In this document: positions 40,584-51,296 of the stretch, one piece after another
How the letters are laid out: each line of letters begins with the position of its first letter
Position numbering within the stretch: the stretch's first letter is position 1
Source: a virus
Virus record (IMG/VR): IMGVR_UViG_3300038443_001768
Length of the DNA: 64,000 nt
Strand: one strand, 5' to 3'
Made by a program: the position numbers and the translations under genes
The notes under the pieces: generated by a model
The model's input: only the letters and a program-made list of their open reading frames with translations
Database searches by the model: none
Told to the model about the DNA's origin: nothing

Positions 40584-41234
40584 ATGAAGGCCAACGAGAT
40601 CGACAACTACATCAACTCATCGACATCGGTCTCGGTGTGGATCAAGCCGGTCGCGTGGAGCACGACGAAGCGCGAGATCAAGGCCATCCCCTTGGCGCGT
40701 GACGGACGGCGCGTCCATGTACGGCTCGTGGGACAGGAGATCCCCAACGATCTCTACAGAGGCAAGACCGCAACGCTCAAGGAGCGCGAGGAGTGGGTGT
40801 CCACGAACGCCGTCTGGTCTGATTGGGCGTCAGTGGAGGAGAACCGCGCCCGCAAGGCCGCTGAGCAGGAAGAACAGCAGCAGCGCTGGCTCGCCGAATA
40901 CGCGGCCGAGAAAGCCGCTAAGCGTGCCGCTGTTGAGAAGTGGTCACAGCCGCTGCGCGGGATCGAGATCGCCAAAGACGTCGACACCTCGAACTGGCCG
41001 ACCAGCCGCTGGGACGACTTCACCTGCGATCTTGCCGAGGTTCTCATCGACTGCTTCGAGGCTTCCAAGACCATCACTGTCCGCGAGCCCTTGATGGTGA
41101 AGATCGCCAACGCGGTCGGCGCGCTTCGTGATGAGATCGAGGAACTCAACGATCGAGCGCTTGACCTCCAGCAGGCCGCCAATCGCGCCGCCGCCGATGC
41201 GCAGTTCTGGGCCGACGAGGCGCACGGAGAATGA
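40584..41234 (+). CDS. Hypothetical coiled-coil protein
   Basis: GAGGA SD; A/E/Q-rich helices. Confidence 0.65.
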   Translation: MKANEIDNYINSSTSVSVWIKPVAWSTTKREIKAIPLARDGRRVHVRLVGQEIPNDLYRGKTATLKEREEWVSTNAVWSDWASVEENRARKAAEQEEQQQRWLAEYAAEKAAKRAAVEKWSQPLRGIEIAKDVDTSNWPTSRWDDFTCDLAEVLIDCFEASKTITVREPLMVKIANAVGALRDEIEELNDRALDLQQAANRAAADAQFWADEAHGE

Positions 41235-41435
41235 GACTCGACCACGTCGCGCAGGCCTTGGAGCGTGCGTTCTCGATCTATGACGAGTACATCGAGCGCG
41301 GCTCGTCGCGCTCCAGCGCAGCAACCCTAACGGCGTCGGCGATCCGTGTCGAGCGACACAAGCTCGTAGCCCTGCTCAACGATCGCGACGCCGGCATCAT
41401 TGGCGGCTCAGGTAGTCAGATCACACGGTGCGTTG

Positions 41436-41464
41436 TTGACGCCCGCGCGGCTGCTTGATACGCT
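41436..41464 (+). promoter_or_regulatory. Sigma70-type promoter, leaderless gene
   Basis: TTGACG-N17-TACGCT, 6 nt before GTG 41471. Confidence 0.5.
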
Positions 41465-41902
41465 CAACGTGTGAAGCGACCGCCGCGCCGCAATCGTGAG
41501 CTTGATGACTATCGGAGTCCCTCCGAGGTCACGCTGCGCGCGCTTCAACATCCAGGGGCTGGCCGTCATCGTCGTTCTCGTGAGGATGAGAACCGACGCC
41601 GTGGTCGCCTCAGCGGCGCAGAGCGACGCCGCATCATGTCCGACCTAGACTGAAAGGAACCCCAACATGCCCAACGTGATCGTGATCACGGCCGGCCTCG
41701 AAGACGTGCGCATCGAGAAGATGCCTGAATCCACGCTCCTGTCTCGGCTTGAGGACAATTACTACGGACAGAACCCTATTTTCCTCAACGAGACCAACGC
41801 CGCCACAGATCCCAACTACTGGTCCGAGGGATCGATCCTCGTCATCAAGGGCGAGATCACGCCGCCGCGGGCGATCCAGCACGTGACGAAGTACTCACTG
41901 GC

Positions 41903-42136
41903 GTGAGCGACGCACCGAAGGGCCTGCGGTTTGAGGTGTTCGGCGAGTACTACGACGTGCCGCCAAAGAACGCTCGAAACATCGGCTTCGGGTTCCGCTG
42001 GCGTCTCGTCGGTGCTGACGGCGAGGTCGCTGTTTCGCCCGAGCACTTCACGAGCGTCGAGGAGGCGCGTTCTCATATCGCGGCCAACCGAGGCCGCTTG
42101 AAGGCCGCGTCTCGCTCGAAGGTCTACGATGTCTGA
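41903..42136 (+). CDS. YegP/DUF1508-like protein
   Basis: FRWRLVGADGEVAVSPEHFTS..EA. Confidence 0.5.
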   Translation: MSDAPKGLRFEVFGEYYDVPPKNARNIGFGFRWRLVGADGEVAVSPEHFTSVEEARSHIAANRGRLKAASRSKVYDV

Positions 42137-42587
42137 GTTCGAGTACTCGCTTGGCAATGCTATCGCCGTTGCCGCCGATGTTCATCGCGGCCAACGCGAC
42201 AAGGCCGGCGAAGACTACATCCTTCACCCGCTGGCCGTCATGGCCATGGTTGCGCCTGATCGCGACGCCATGATCGTAGCGGTATTGCACGACGTCCTCG
42301 AAGACTGCGAGCCGTCGCGCCTGCGGGCTGTTCGCTACGGGCTGGAACGTTCGTTTCCGTCGTGGATCATCGAAGCCCTCGATGCGCTCACCAAGCGCAA
42401 GGACGAGCCCTACGAGGAGGCCATCGAACGTGCCGCCGATAACTACCTGGCGCGCAAGGTGAAGATTGCTGATCTGACCCACAATCTAGATCCCCGCCGC
42501 ATCCCGGCGTCGCAGATCGTGGACAAGGATTTCGCTCGGTGGGATCGCTACCGCAGAGCGTTGATCAGGCTGGAACGCACGCACTGA
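42129..42587 (+). CDS. RelA/SpoT-type HD-domain hydrolase
   Basis: HRGQRDKAGEDYILHP, AVLHDVLED, VKIADLTHN. Confidence 0.85.
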   Translation: MSEFEYSLGNAIAVAADVHRGQRDKAGEDYILHPLAVMAMVAPDRDAMIVAVLHDVLEDCEPSRLRAVRYGLERSFPSWIIEALDALTKRKDEPYEEAIERAADNYLARKVKIADLTHNLDPRRIPASQIVDKDFARWDRYRRALIRLERTH

Positions 42588-43064
42588 TGGAGATCAATGT
42601 TTGGTACGACCCGAACGCACGCGATGTCCTCGCTAGGATTGCACCCGGCTGGCGTTGGCAGGTCATTGATGATGACTATGTAGCTGCGTCTGGGATTGTA
42701 CGAAATAGCGGTCGCCCGTTCGGTCACCGCAAGGTGGCGATAAAACGCGCACGCTCTACGGCAAAGAAGCTGTCACTCGCGCATCGCGAGGAGTTCGTGT
42801 CAGTTGAGACGCACGATGCGCTTATGCGGCGTATCGAGAAACTTGAACAGGAAGTGATGGCCTGATCGACTTCGTCGATATGGAGCGGATGAAGCTATCC
42901 TCCGATCCCAACACATGTGCGCTGTGGTTGGCGTTGACGACGCTTCAGGAGATCTCCTTCAACAACGCCGACGCCGACGTTCGAGCCCATCGCGCGCTCG
43001 GGCAGATCGGCCGCTACCTCGAACAACACCGACAGGCCTTCGAGGCCTGAGAAAGGCAACGACC

Positions 43065-43673
43065 TTGAGCACCGCTCTCATCGTGGTTGATGTTCAGAAC
43101 GACTTCCTCCCTGGTGGCGCGCTCGCTGTCCCTGACGGAGATGAGGTCATTGCGCCGATCATCGAGTTCGGGCACAATGCCCTCGTTGATGTCGTTGTCA
43201 TGACGCAGGATTGGCACGACGCCGACCATGTTGGTCACCGACGCGCCGCCCGAGGCGAGACTCCGACCTACACGGATGGCGATTGGCCCGTGCACTGCGT
43301 CGCCGGCCTGAGTGGCGCTAATATCGCGTTCAGTCTCAGACACGCCTTCAATGACGCGCCCGTGTTCCGTAAGGGCACCGACCGTGACGCGGAGGCATAC
43401 TCGGCCTTCGCTGGGAAGCTTGGCGATATCGGGCTCGACGACTACTTTCGCGCAGAGGGCGTCGATCAGGTCTTCGTCGCCGGCCTGGCACTCGACTTCT
43501 GCGTCCGCCAGACCGCGCTTGACGCATTTGGTCTCGGATACCACACGACCGTCCTGGCTGACGCGACGCGCCCAGTTACGTATCTTGGCGGTGTGCTCAC
43601 AGGGGCCAACTTCGGCCGCTATCAGGGCAACGGCCTAGAGGTCGATACCGTTGAGGCTGTTCTCGAACCCTAG
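43065..43673 (+). CDS. pncA: Nicotinamidase/pyrazinamidase
   Basis: VVDVQNDFLPGGAL, QDWH, WPVHCV, KG...YSAF, GLALDFCV. Confidence 0.9.
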   Translation: MSTALIVVDVQNDFLPGGALAVPDGDEVIAPIIEFGHNALVDVVVMTQDWHDADHVGHRRAARGETPTYTDGDWPVHCVAGLSGANIAFSLRHAFNDAPVFRKGTDRDAEAYSAFAGKLGDIGLDDYFRAEGVDQVFVAGLALDFCVRQTALDAFGLGYHTTVLADATRPVTYLGGVLTGANFGRYQGNGLEVDTVEAVLEP

Positions 43674-43675
43674 GC

Positions 43676-43703
43676 TTGACATCTAGGTAAAACAGTGTAA
43701 CCT
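43676..43703 (+). promoter_or_regulatory. Sigma70-type promoter
   Basis: TTGACA-N16-TAACCT. Confidence 0.55.
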
Positions 43704-43710
43704 TCTATAG

Positions 43711-43834
43711 GTCTCCGAATCGACTGGCCGCGACCTCCAGGTAAGGAGCGAGGGGAGCGCAGGTCCGGTCCTAATTTGAGCAGCACCACCCCGGCGCGCG
43801 GAGTCTTACACAACCTGCTCGCCAGCGGTTCGGA
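43711..43834 (+). ncRNA. Candidate structured RNA (~125 nt)
   Basis: TCCGAATCG-A-CTGGC pairs with GCCAG-CGGTTCGGA; internal GACCT/AGGTC, CTCC/GGAG, GAGCAG/CTGCTC; begins just after a promoter. Confidence 0.5.
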
Positions 43835-43899
43835 TAAGAAAGGAACGAGTTGATCAGAAAGCAGTTCGAGAAGCAGGCCGCCACGGTAGGACGCGCCTG

Positions 43900-45142
43900 A
43901 TGGCGTCCTTTGACTTCACAGAGGTCATCTCTGTGCGCGCTAACCCCAGCGGCCACGAATGCGCAGCCGAAGCCGAGATCCTCGTCATGGGCCGCCGCAT
44001 CGGCTTCGTCGGTGGCTCACGATACGCGAGCACTGTCATCGAGGCCGCCGAAGACGCGATCTTCGATGCCTTGAAGCCTTTGATCGCAGCTATTCAAGAG
44101 CATCCTGGCGTCGAGCGGGTTTCTCGGTTCTGGACCGACGATGTCGACATCGAGGACTACGAGGAACCTGACGACGACGTCCGCATCCCCAACGATCAGT
44201 GGTTCGCCAATGCCTGATCAGGAAAGCGCCGACCTGCTCAGCCGCGTCGCTCGTCTTGAGGAGTCGCTGCGCTCAATTAGAGACATTCAGGAGGCCCTGC
44301 CGGCCTGGGTCCGGCTCAAAGACCTCAACAACTCCAACACCGCGATCAGACGCATCGTGAATAGAGCCCTACTCGACACGAGCGTCAATTCTTTTGATGC
44401 GTAGATGGCTTGCCGGATGCTTGGCCGCGCTGTTCCTGCGCCCGACCTCGACGGTCCCGCTCGACGTGATCGAGCACGGCGACCCAGACGTCGATGACAT
44501 GTGGCGGCGCGCGCTCGTCCGAGGGCGCCTTCAACCGGAGGCGTCGCCGGTTGACCCTGATGCGAACCGCGAGGCCCTCATCGATATCGCTCCGGAGGAG
44601 TTCTGGCGCGAAATCGAACGCTCTGTAACCTAAAACGATGAAAGGAATCACGTTGACTCTAACCGATAAGTCGGCCCGCGAGCTTGCCACGCAGGTCGTG
44701 AAGGACAATCGAGCCGCGCGCGTCAAGTTCGGCCGCACCAACGGCGCGCCGCGTCTTCACGTGATGGTGCCGCCCGAGTCAGCGCCTGAGTGTGATCCGA
44801 CGCGGGCCTCGTTCACGCTGCGCAGCGCCAATGACTGGTCTACATGCCCGCTCAATCAGCGCATCACACGCAATCGAGACATGGCCGCCGCGCAGCCGAC
44901 GGAGGCCTTGATGGCCTCGAACGGAAAGAAGCGGTGAGTGTCTGATGCCCGAGGCCTATATCTCTCTCGATCTCAGTGCCGGCGAGGCGCGGTCAGTGAT
45001 GTCGGTGCTGGGAAGGGTCAGCTACGATGCCCTCATCGAGGGCGAAGCTGATCATGACATTCTCACCGTATATGAGGCCTTGTTGAGCGTCGTGGGGCGC
45101 ATTCCTTTCGGTACGCCAAATTTGGTGAACGAGAATGCGTAG
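43900..45142 (+). other. Run of hypothetical genes (43900-44217, 44210-44404, 44397-44633, 44638-44937, 44945-45142)
   Basis: Coupled ORFs. Confidence 0.6.
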
Positions 45143-45792
45143 CCGAATCGTTCATCTACTCGCTGTGCTCATCATGGTCTCAGCGGCTTTGATCGTAATC
45201 GGCGCTGGAATCCATACAGCGATTCATTAGATGGCTATCGGCGGGGTCGTATACGCTCCGGCCGACGCGGCAATCACAGCCGCACTGAGTACGCTCTTCT
45301 CTTGCGGCCCTCACGATGAGGAACGCCTACGACGTCCGTCAGTACGGCGCTGGCGCTGCTGGTTCTGTAAGAGAAACCGCGACGGACGCGTACGCTGCGG
45401 CTGTCGCGACGGCTGTTAGCCCGCGAATAGCGCTAGGACCTCAAGGGCGCAAACGACGACCACGTAGACTGCTAGTGGTCGATGGCTCTTGAGATAGCTC
45501 TTCTTGATCATTCGTTGTCCCCATCGCCGGGCGGCTTCAAGAATACCGGCAACCCCATCATGGCGGCGAACAGAAGAATCAGTGTCGGTCGTTCCTGCCC
45601 CGACGCGAATGTCTCGTGGAGAAATCCCGTCATTCCGCCCAGGAACAACATCATGTCTCGTAGCACTGGCCATCTGTTCATGTCTCATAGGTCACGCGTA
45701 GAGCGGATTGGTCAAGGTCCCTCACAAGGCCTAAATAGTATCAGCGAGGTCGGCATCAAGACCTACGGTCCAGTAAACAGGAAAGGATTACA

Positions 45793-46143
45793 ATGGCAGC
45801 AAGCTCGTCGACACGGCCGTCAACGATCACTTACACATATCACGACCCGTCTCGCACTTTTGACGGGACGCCTTACGAGGCCGCAGGCCTGGCTATCGAT
45901 CAGGCGACCTCTGTGGCGAAGCTCCTTCAACGCGCGCTACGAGACACGCATGTACAGGTCCGCAACGCCCACATGCAGCGAAATCTCGATCTGGGCGGGC
46001 AACCCGACGCAGACCCATGGGACAACTCGGCGCAGAAGCGACTACTGGACTCGTTCGCCTCGCAGACCACGGACATCCATCACAGACTGAGAATGCTCCG
46101 TAAGGCCGCCGTCTATGACCCAAAGAACCCACCGAAGGCGTAG
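45793..46143 (+). CDS. Hypothetical protein
   Basis: AAAGGA SD. Confidence 0.65.
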   Translation: MAASSSTRPSTITYTYHDPSRTFDGTPYEAAGLAIDQATSVAKLLQRALRDTHVQVRNAHMQRNLDLGGQPDADPWDNSAQKRLLDSFASQTTDIHHRLRMLRKAAVYDPKNPPKA

Positions 46144-46394
46144 CGCCTTGGAGGCGTCCGTATACGGCGTTCCGATCGTCACGTCACGTTTCGTCGAGCC
46201 TGGGAAGATGATGCTCTTCAACGGCCAGGTCATGATGCGCCCAGTAGACTGGCTGCGCGTCAGGTACCCGCGCTCGCCCGTATGGTGCTCGCGCACGCTC
46301 GGCCATCGAGAGCTTGAGCGCGAACGCCGCCTCCGACGCCGAGGTTGACAATCTGGTAGTCTTGTGGTAGCCGCTGACCGAGGCAAAGGTCGGG

Positions 46395-46820
46395 TTGGGA
46401 GACATCGCCCTCAGGGCGTCTCGTGTAGGTCCGGCGGCTCATCACATCCTCACTACTAGGGAGACAGACCCTTTGACACCTGTACTGAGCGGGCTCACTG
46501 ATGGGCAGCGCAATGTCTTGCGCGCGTTCTACGAGTTCGGACCAATGGACGACACGGCCCTGACCGTGTACGTGCACCACGTGGCCGATAAGGCCATGTC
46601 TAGTTCTGGCATTCGCACGCGACGCGCGGAACTAACGCGCACTGCGCCACCGCTGCTTCAGGCAGTGGACACGAAGCGGCTCAAGTCCGGTCGTCGCGCC
46701 GCGATTCACGCGCTGACACCGACGGGCTACGCGTTGGCCTCACAGGCCGCGTTCGCTGAGCAGGTCAACACGGCCGGCGTTGAGTCGCCTGTTCGCCGCC
46801 TACAGTTGGTTGCCGCGTGA
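46395..46820 (+). CDS. Putative winged-helix DNA-binding protein
   Basis: GPMDD..L...SSSGIRTRRAEL...SGRRA. Confidence 0.55.
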   Translation: MGDIALRASRVGPAAHHILTTRETDPLTPVLSGLTDGQRNVLRAFYEFGPMDDTALTVYVHHVADKAMSSSGIRTRRAELTRTAPPLLQAVDTKRLKSGRRAAIHALTPTGYALASQAAFAEQVNTAGVESPVRRLQLVAA

Positions 46821-47012
46821 GGGTCTGGATTTACCCGGCCAACGACGCACCGGAAGACCCGATCGAGATCGTCAACGTTGAGCGAATTTCGCTCATCGAT
46901 GGCGAATCGCACGGCTCTGGGAGCAACTTCGGAGTCACCAACGGTTTCAAGGGCCGGCTCGTGTGGGTCTCATCGCCCAATGTGGCCGCTGTCGTTGTAG
47001 ACGTCGTCTAGG

Positions 47013-47480
47013 TTGGCTGCCAACAATGGGGAACTCGTTCGCGAGTTCCACCGCTATTTCGGACTGCCTGTACGGGATGAGTTCACGGAGATCTCGTCGG
47101 ATGAGATCGACTTCCGGTTGACTCTGCTCACCGAGGAGTACCTTGAAGTGATGGAGGCCTTTGGTCGACCAGTGACAGTCGAGCGCGTGCCGTACGACAC
47201 CGACCCAGACTTCGTTGAGGGCTACAAGGAACTCTCCGATCTCGAATACGTCCTGCACGGGTTCGACATGCACCTCGGGCAAAAGCTTGACGAGGTGTTC
47301 GCTGAAACGCACCGCTCCAACATGAGCAAGCTCTGGGAGTGCGAGTGTGGCGTCGAGGACAGCACTTGTCAGCAGTGTAACGGAACAGGCGAGTATGTCA
47401 AGCGGCGCGAGGACGGAAAGATCCTGAAGAGCCCGACCTACTCAAGAGCCAACATCGCTCCGATCTTGGAGGACAACTAA
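47013..47480 (+). CDS. MazG-like/PRA-PH-family nucleotide pyrophosphohydrolase with a Cys4 insert
   Basis: LLTEEYLE, KELSDLEYV, ETHRSNMSK, REDGKILK. Confidence 0.75.
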   Translation: MAANNGELVREFHRYFGLPVRDEFTEISSDEIDFRLTLLTEEYLEVMEAFGRPVTVERVPYDTDPDFVEGYKELSDLEYVLHGFDMHLGQKLDEVFAETHRSNMSKLWECECGVEDSTCQQCNGTGEYVKRREDGKILKSPTYSRANIAPILEDN

Positions 47481-47923
47481 TGGGACGAATCAAGAGGATT
47501 TTCACGCAAGGCGGCACCAACAAGGGCGAGGAACGCGAACTCGACATGGATGAGTTCTACGACTCCGTGTGGGCCGCAGTGCCCGACGACCTCAAGGCTG
47601 AGGGCATCGCCGTCCTCCGCCGTGAGATCAAGGACCCTGCGTTCTTTCACGCTGTCAGCGAAGGCATCCGTCAGCACGGACTCCGTGAGTGGGATCGACA
47701 TCCTCCGTTCGCGGCGGAGATTGAAGTCGGCGGCGAAACCATGACCTACCCGTGGCACTTCGGCGGCGGCATGGGCATTCGCAATCTGCTCCGTCAGGGC
47801 GGCGTCACCGACGACCGACTGCCTGACAACGCAACCGACATCTACTACGGTGAAGGCACGAACGTCAAGAACCTCGACGACTACTACATGCAGTGGCTTG
47901 AGGCCGCCGTGGGGGCTCGATGA
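47480..47923 (+). CDS. Hypothetical protein
   Basis: HFGGGMGIRNLLR motif. Confidence 0.65.
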   Translation: MGRIKRIFTQGGTNKGEERELDMDEFYDSVWAAVPDDLKAEGIAVLRREIKDPAFFHAVSEGIRQHGLREWDRHPPFAAEIEVGGETMTYPWHFGGGMGIRNLLRQGGVTDDRLPDNATDIYYGEGTNVKNLDDYYMQWLEAAVGAR

Positions 47924-48552
47924 GGAGAGAGGAGGCCGGGCGCTTGAAGGAGCAGCTACTTCGCGATATGCGACGTCCTAGCGGCACGCTGCGCGTTGGC
48001 TTCCACGCCGGTCCCGGCACCGGCAAGTCGACCACGTCGGCGCTCGTCTTTGGCGCGCTCAAGCAGCGAGGCCGCAACGTCGAGATGTCACACGAGTATG
48101 CGAAGGACTTGACGTGGGAGCAACGCTCAGCCGCGCTCGCCTATCAGCCATACATTGTGGCGAAGCAGATGTGGCGAGAACGCCGACTAGATGGCCAGGT
48201 TGAGGCGATCCTCACCGACACCTCGACGCTGTACTCGTTCATCTATGGCACCGAAGAGAACGGCGTCACACCGGCGTTCAAGTCCTGGGTTTTGAGCGAG
48301 TACTTCAAGGTACCGCGCCTGGACTTCTTCCTACTTCGCGATCACGAGCGCCCCTACAACGAGAAGGGCCGTAATCAGACGCGCGAAGAGGCCGAGGCCC
48401 TGGATGCTCCGATCCGTAACTTGCTCATCGAGCACGGCGTCGTCCACGATCTCATCGCAGTCGATGCGAAGAACAACTCACACATCGACTACATCGTTGA
48501 TCGCGTCGAGCAGGCGCTTTCGCTTCAGCGGATGTTTGGTGATGAAGCCTAG
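47920..48552 (+). CDS. P-loop ATPase/kinase (NadR/AAA_28-like)
   Basis: AGPGTGKST, EYAKDLTW, TD, GRNQTREEA. Confidence 0.8.
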   Translation: MRREEAGRLKEQLLRDMRRPSGTLRVGFHAGPGTGKSTTSALVFGALKQRGRNVEMSHEYAKDLTWEQRSAALAYQPYIVAKQMWRERRLDGQVEAILTDTSTLYSFIYGTEENGVTPAFKSWVLSEYFKVPRLDFFLLRDHERPYNEKGRNQTREEAEALDAPIRNLLIEHGVVHDLIAVDAKNNSHIDYIVDRVEQALSLQRMFGDEA

Positions 48553-50522
48553 TGCCTAAGCTATCGCGCGGCGAGGACCAGCTAGAACTATCACTAACCG
48601 GCGCCGAGGATTTCCAGGCCGCGCTGGCCGCGGTCAAGGCGATTCCGGGCCGTCGCTTCGACGGTGACCGCAAGCTGTGGTGCTTCCCGGAAGATCCGTC
48701 GATCGCAGAGCGTCTCATGGTGACGGTGAAGCCTGAGCTTTCGCCTGACCTGTTGGGCTGGATCAAGGCCTCCAAGAAGAGCAGCCAGAAGGAACTCGTC
48801 ACACCGCTTCCCGACGACGCCGAACTCATCGTTCCTTGGGCCAACGCTCGCGTTCCGTGGCAGCCTGAGTTCGTTGGGCCGAAGACAAACCAGGTGGAAT
48901 TCAAGGGCTTGTACGCCTTCCAGCGCGCGTTTGTTGATTTCGCGGCGGACAAGTCCGACGACAACGCAGCGTTGCTGCTAGCCGACGATATGGGGTGTGG
49001 GAAGTGCGCTCAGAGTTCCTCAGCAATCATCGAATGGCTAATGCGCTCAGCCGGCCTCTACGAGATGCTCGCCAACAACCCCAACGGCGTCCCCGTCGAG
49101 GGCCTCGCCTGCGCTGCCGATATGTTGAAGTGGGCCGCCGTCGAAGACGGACCGAAGCTCATCATCTCGCCAGCGTCGGTGAAGGGAACCTGGGGTCGCG
49201 AGCTTCGCATGTGGCTCGGTCAGGCTGAGCCCATCTTCGTCATCGACGGGGCGGCCACGCCAAGGCGCCGCAACGCACAGCTTCTCGACGCCATCAACAA
49301 CTCCGGTTGGGCGGTCATCAACTGGGAGCAGCTTCGCGTCAAGCGGGAGATCCGTAAGGTCCGCACACGTATGGTGCACGCCTTGACGGGTGAATTCTTG
49401 GGCTGGAAGGAGAAGGACAAGGAGGTCACGGTTCTCCGTGAGCCACTGTTTGAGGAGACTCCCTGGGTGGCCGCCATCGCTGATGAGGCGCACCGCGCAA
49501 AGAATCGTAAGGCGCTGACCACGCAAGGTCTGTGGCGCGTTGGTGCGCGCTTCAAGATGGCCTTGACGGGTACCCCGCTCATGAACTCGCCGGACGAGTT
49601 GTGGTCGATTCTGCGCTGGTTGTACCCAGACGAATACACCTCGTACTGGCGGTTCTTCGATCAGTACGTGGACTTCTACGAGGGCCAGTACGGGAAAATC
49701 ATTACAGGCGTCAAGAACGCTGACGCGTTGCGGTTCGAGCTTTCGACTCGCCTGGTCCGTCGCACTAAGGATGAGGTGCTGGATCAGCTTCCCGAGAAGA
49801 CGCGCGAGTTCGTCCCGATTACGCTGAATAAGAAGCAGCGGAAGCTTTACGACGAGGCCGAGAAGCAGCTTTGGTTTGAGGTCGAGCAGGCCATCAAGGG
49901 TGGCGATAGATCTGCGCTGAAGTTTGCTAAGGAGGTCTCAGCGAACCCAGCCGCTGTCTACATGGTCCCGAATGGCGCGGCGCGTATCGTGCGTCTGCGT
50001 CAGATCGCGTCCACGCCGGCCTTGTTGGGCGGCGAGGACGATTCGGCCAAGCTCGACGCAGCCGTCGAGACCATCATTGACAACTTGGGCTCGCAGTTCG
50101 TGGTATTCTCTGAGTTCGTCGATACCTGCCACATCCTCGTAGAGCGTCTACGCGCGAAGGGAATTGCGGCCGAGGCCTTCACTGGGCAGTCTGAATCCGA
50201 GGATCGAACTCGGATGGAGAACGACTTCCAGGCCGGCGAGATCGACGTCCTCGTTGGAACGATCGGCGCGATGAAGGAGGGCATCACCCTCACAGCGGCC
50301 AGCAACATGATCTTCCTTGAGCGCCACTGGACACCAGCGGTGAATGAACAGTGCGAGGATCGTTGTCATCGCAACGGGCAGAAGAACGCCGTGACGATCC
50401 TTATCTTCGAGGCCGAGGACACGGTTGATGCCCAGAAGATCTCGCCAACAAACGCAATCAAGTCGCTCATCGTTTCCTCGGTCATTACCAAGGATGACGT
50501 CGCAGAGCGGAGGAGGAAGTGA
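48552..50522 (+). CDS. SNF2-family helicase
   Basis: ADDMGCGK, DEAHRAKN, LTGTPLMN, EGITLT, QCEDRCHRNGQ. Confidence 0.92.
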   Translation: MPKLSRGEDQLELSLTGAEDFQAALAAVKAIPGRRFDGDRKLWCFPEDPSIAERLMVTVKPELSPDLLGWIKASKKSSQKELVTPLPDDAELIVPWANARVPWQPEFVGPKTNQVEFKGLYAFQRAFVDFAADKSDDNAALLLADDMGCGKCAQSSSAIIEWLMRSAGLYEMLANNPNGVPVEGLACAADMLKWAAVEDGPKLIISPASVKGTWGRELRMWLGQAEPIFVIDGAATPRRRNAQLLDAINNSGWAVINWEQLRVKREIRKVRTRMVHALTGEFLGWKEKDKEVTVLREPLFEETPWVAAIADEAHRAKNRKALTTQGLWRVGARFKMALTGTPLMNSPDELWSILRWLYPDEYTSYWRFFDQYVDFYEGQYGKIITGVKNADALRFELSTRLVRRTKDEVLDQLPEKTREFVPITLNKKQRKLYDEAEKQLWFEVEQAIKGGDRSALKFAKEVSANPAAVYMVPNGAARIVRLRQIASTPALLGGEDDSAKLDAAVETIIDNLGSQFVVFSEFVDTCHILVERLRAKGIAAEAFTGQSESEDRTRMENDFQAGEIDVLVGTIGAMKEGITLTAASNMIFLERHWTPAVNEQCEDRCHRNGQKNAVTILIFEAEDTVDAQKISPTNAIKSLIVSSVITKDDVAERRRK

Positions 50523-50778
50523 TGTCGTTCTTTGACGACGACGCACACGATGAGGGCTTCGATCACAACGACGAGCCAGCGCCGGGTACTGGGGCAGCGT
50601 GGGCAGCGGCGGTCTTCATGGCCACCAATCTCGTGCTCTGCTTGTGCGGCGGGCTGGTCTTCGCGATGACCGTAAACGCGCTGCCGACGGGCGTCGATCA
50701 CGTGACGTTCCGTCAGGCAACGGCGGCGGCGTTGTTGCTGCGCATGGCTGCGATCGTAGCCCGCGCCTAGGAGGAAGG

Positions 50779-51198
50779 ATGTCTGATCTATCAGCACTAG
50801 AGAGTAAGTTTCGACGCCTCGCCGAGCTACGCGAGCAGCGCGATATTGACAAGAAGGCCGCCGAGAACTCCGAGTCCGAGTATCGGGCCTACGAGGCTGA
50901 GTTGTTTGAAACGATCGAGGAATCCGCGTTGCGTGGAACGGTCGAGTTCGACTTCGGCGGCGATCTTGGACTTATTCGATTCCAGCCGCGTCGAACCATC
51001 TACGGTCGTGTCATCGACAAGGCCGCAGCCTTGGAGGCACTGGAGGCAGAGGCCTTGGTTGAGGAGATGACCGCACCGAAGATTGAGGCGCGCCGTCTCA
51101 ATGAGTTGGTCCGTGATCGCATGGAATCCAACCAGGAACTCCCAGAAGGCATCGACTACTACGAGAGGCGATTCTTCACGATTTCGAGGAAGGGATAA
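50779..51198 (+). CDS. Hypothetical replication-region protein
   Basis: AGGAGG SD; coiled-coil N-terminus. Confidence 0.65.
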   Translation: MSDLSALESKFRRLAELREQRDIDKKAAENSESEYRAYEAELFETIEESALRGTVEFDFGGDLGLIRFQPRRTIYGRVIDKAAALEALEAEALVEEMTAPKIEARRLNELVRDRMESNQELPEGIDYYERRFFTISRKG

Positions 51199-51296
51199 GT
51201 ACCACTTTACAGGCACTTGAGTGGTATATCCACAGTATTTGACAGCTAGTTGTGCTACACTTCATCTACTAACCCAACGAGGAGTTTTCTCAACAC

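Noticed and set aside
43757-43785. SRP (4.5S) RNA similarity (CAGGTCCGG...AGCAGC)
   Set aside because: Lacks the GNRA tetraloop helix between these segments, and the segments pair elsewhere
45416-45688. Possible minus-strand membrane-protein gene
   Set aside because: No clear SD/promoter or family motif; cannot be supported beyond being an open frame in a gap
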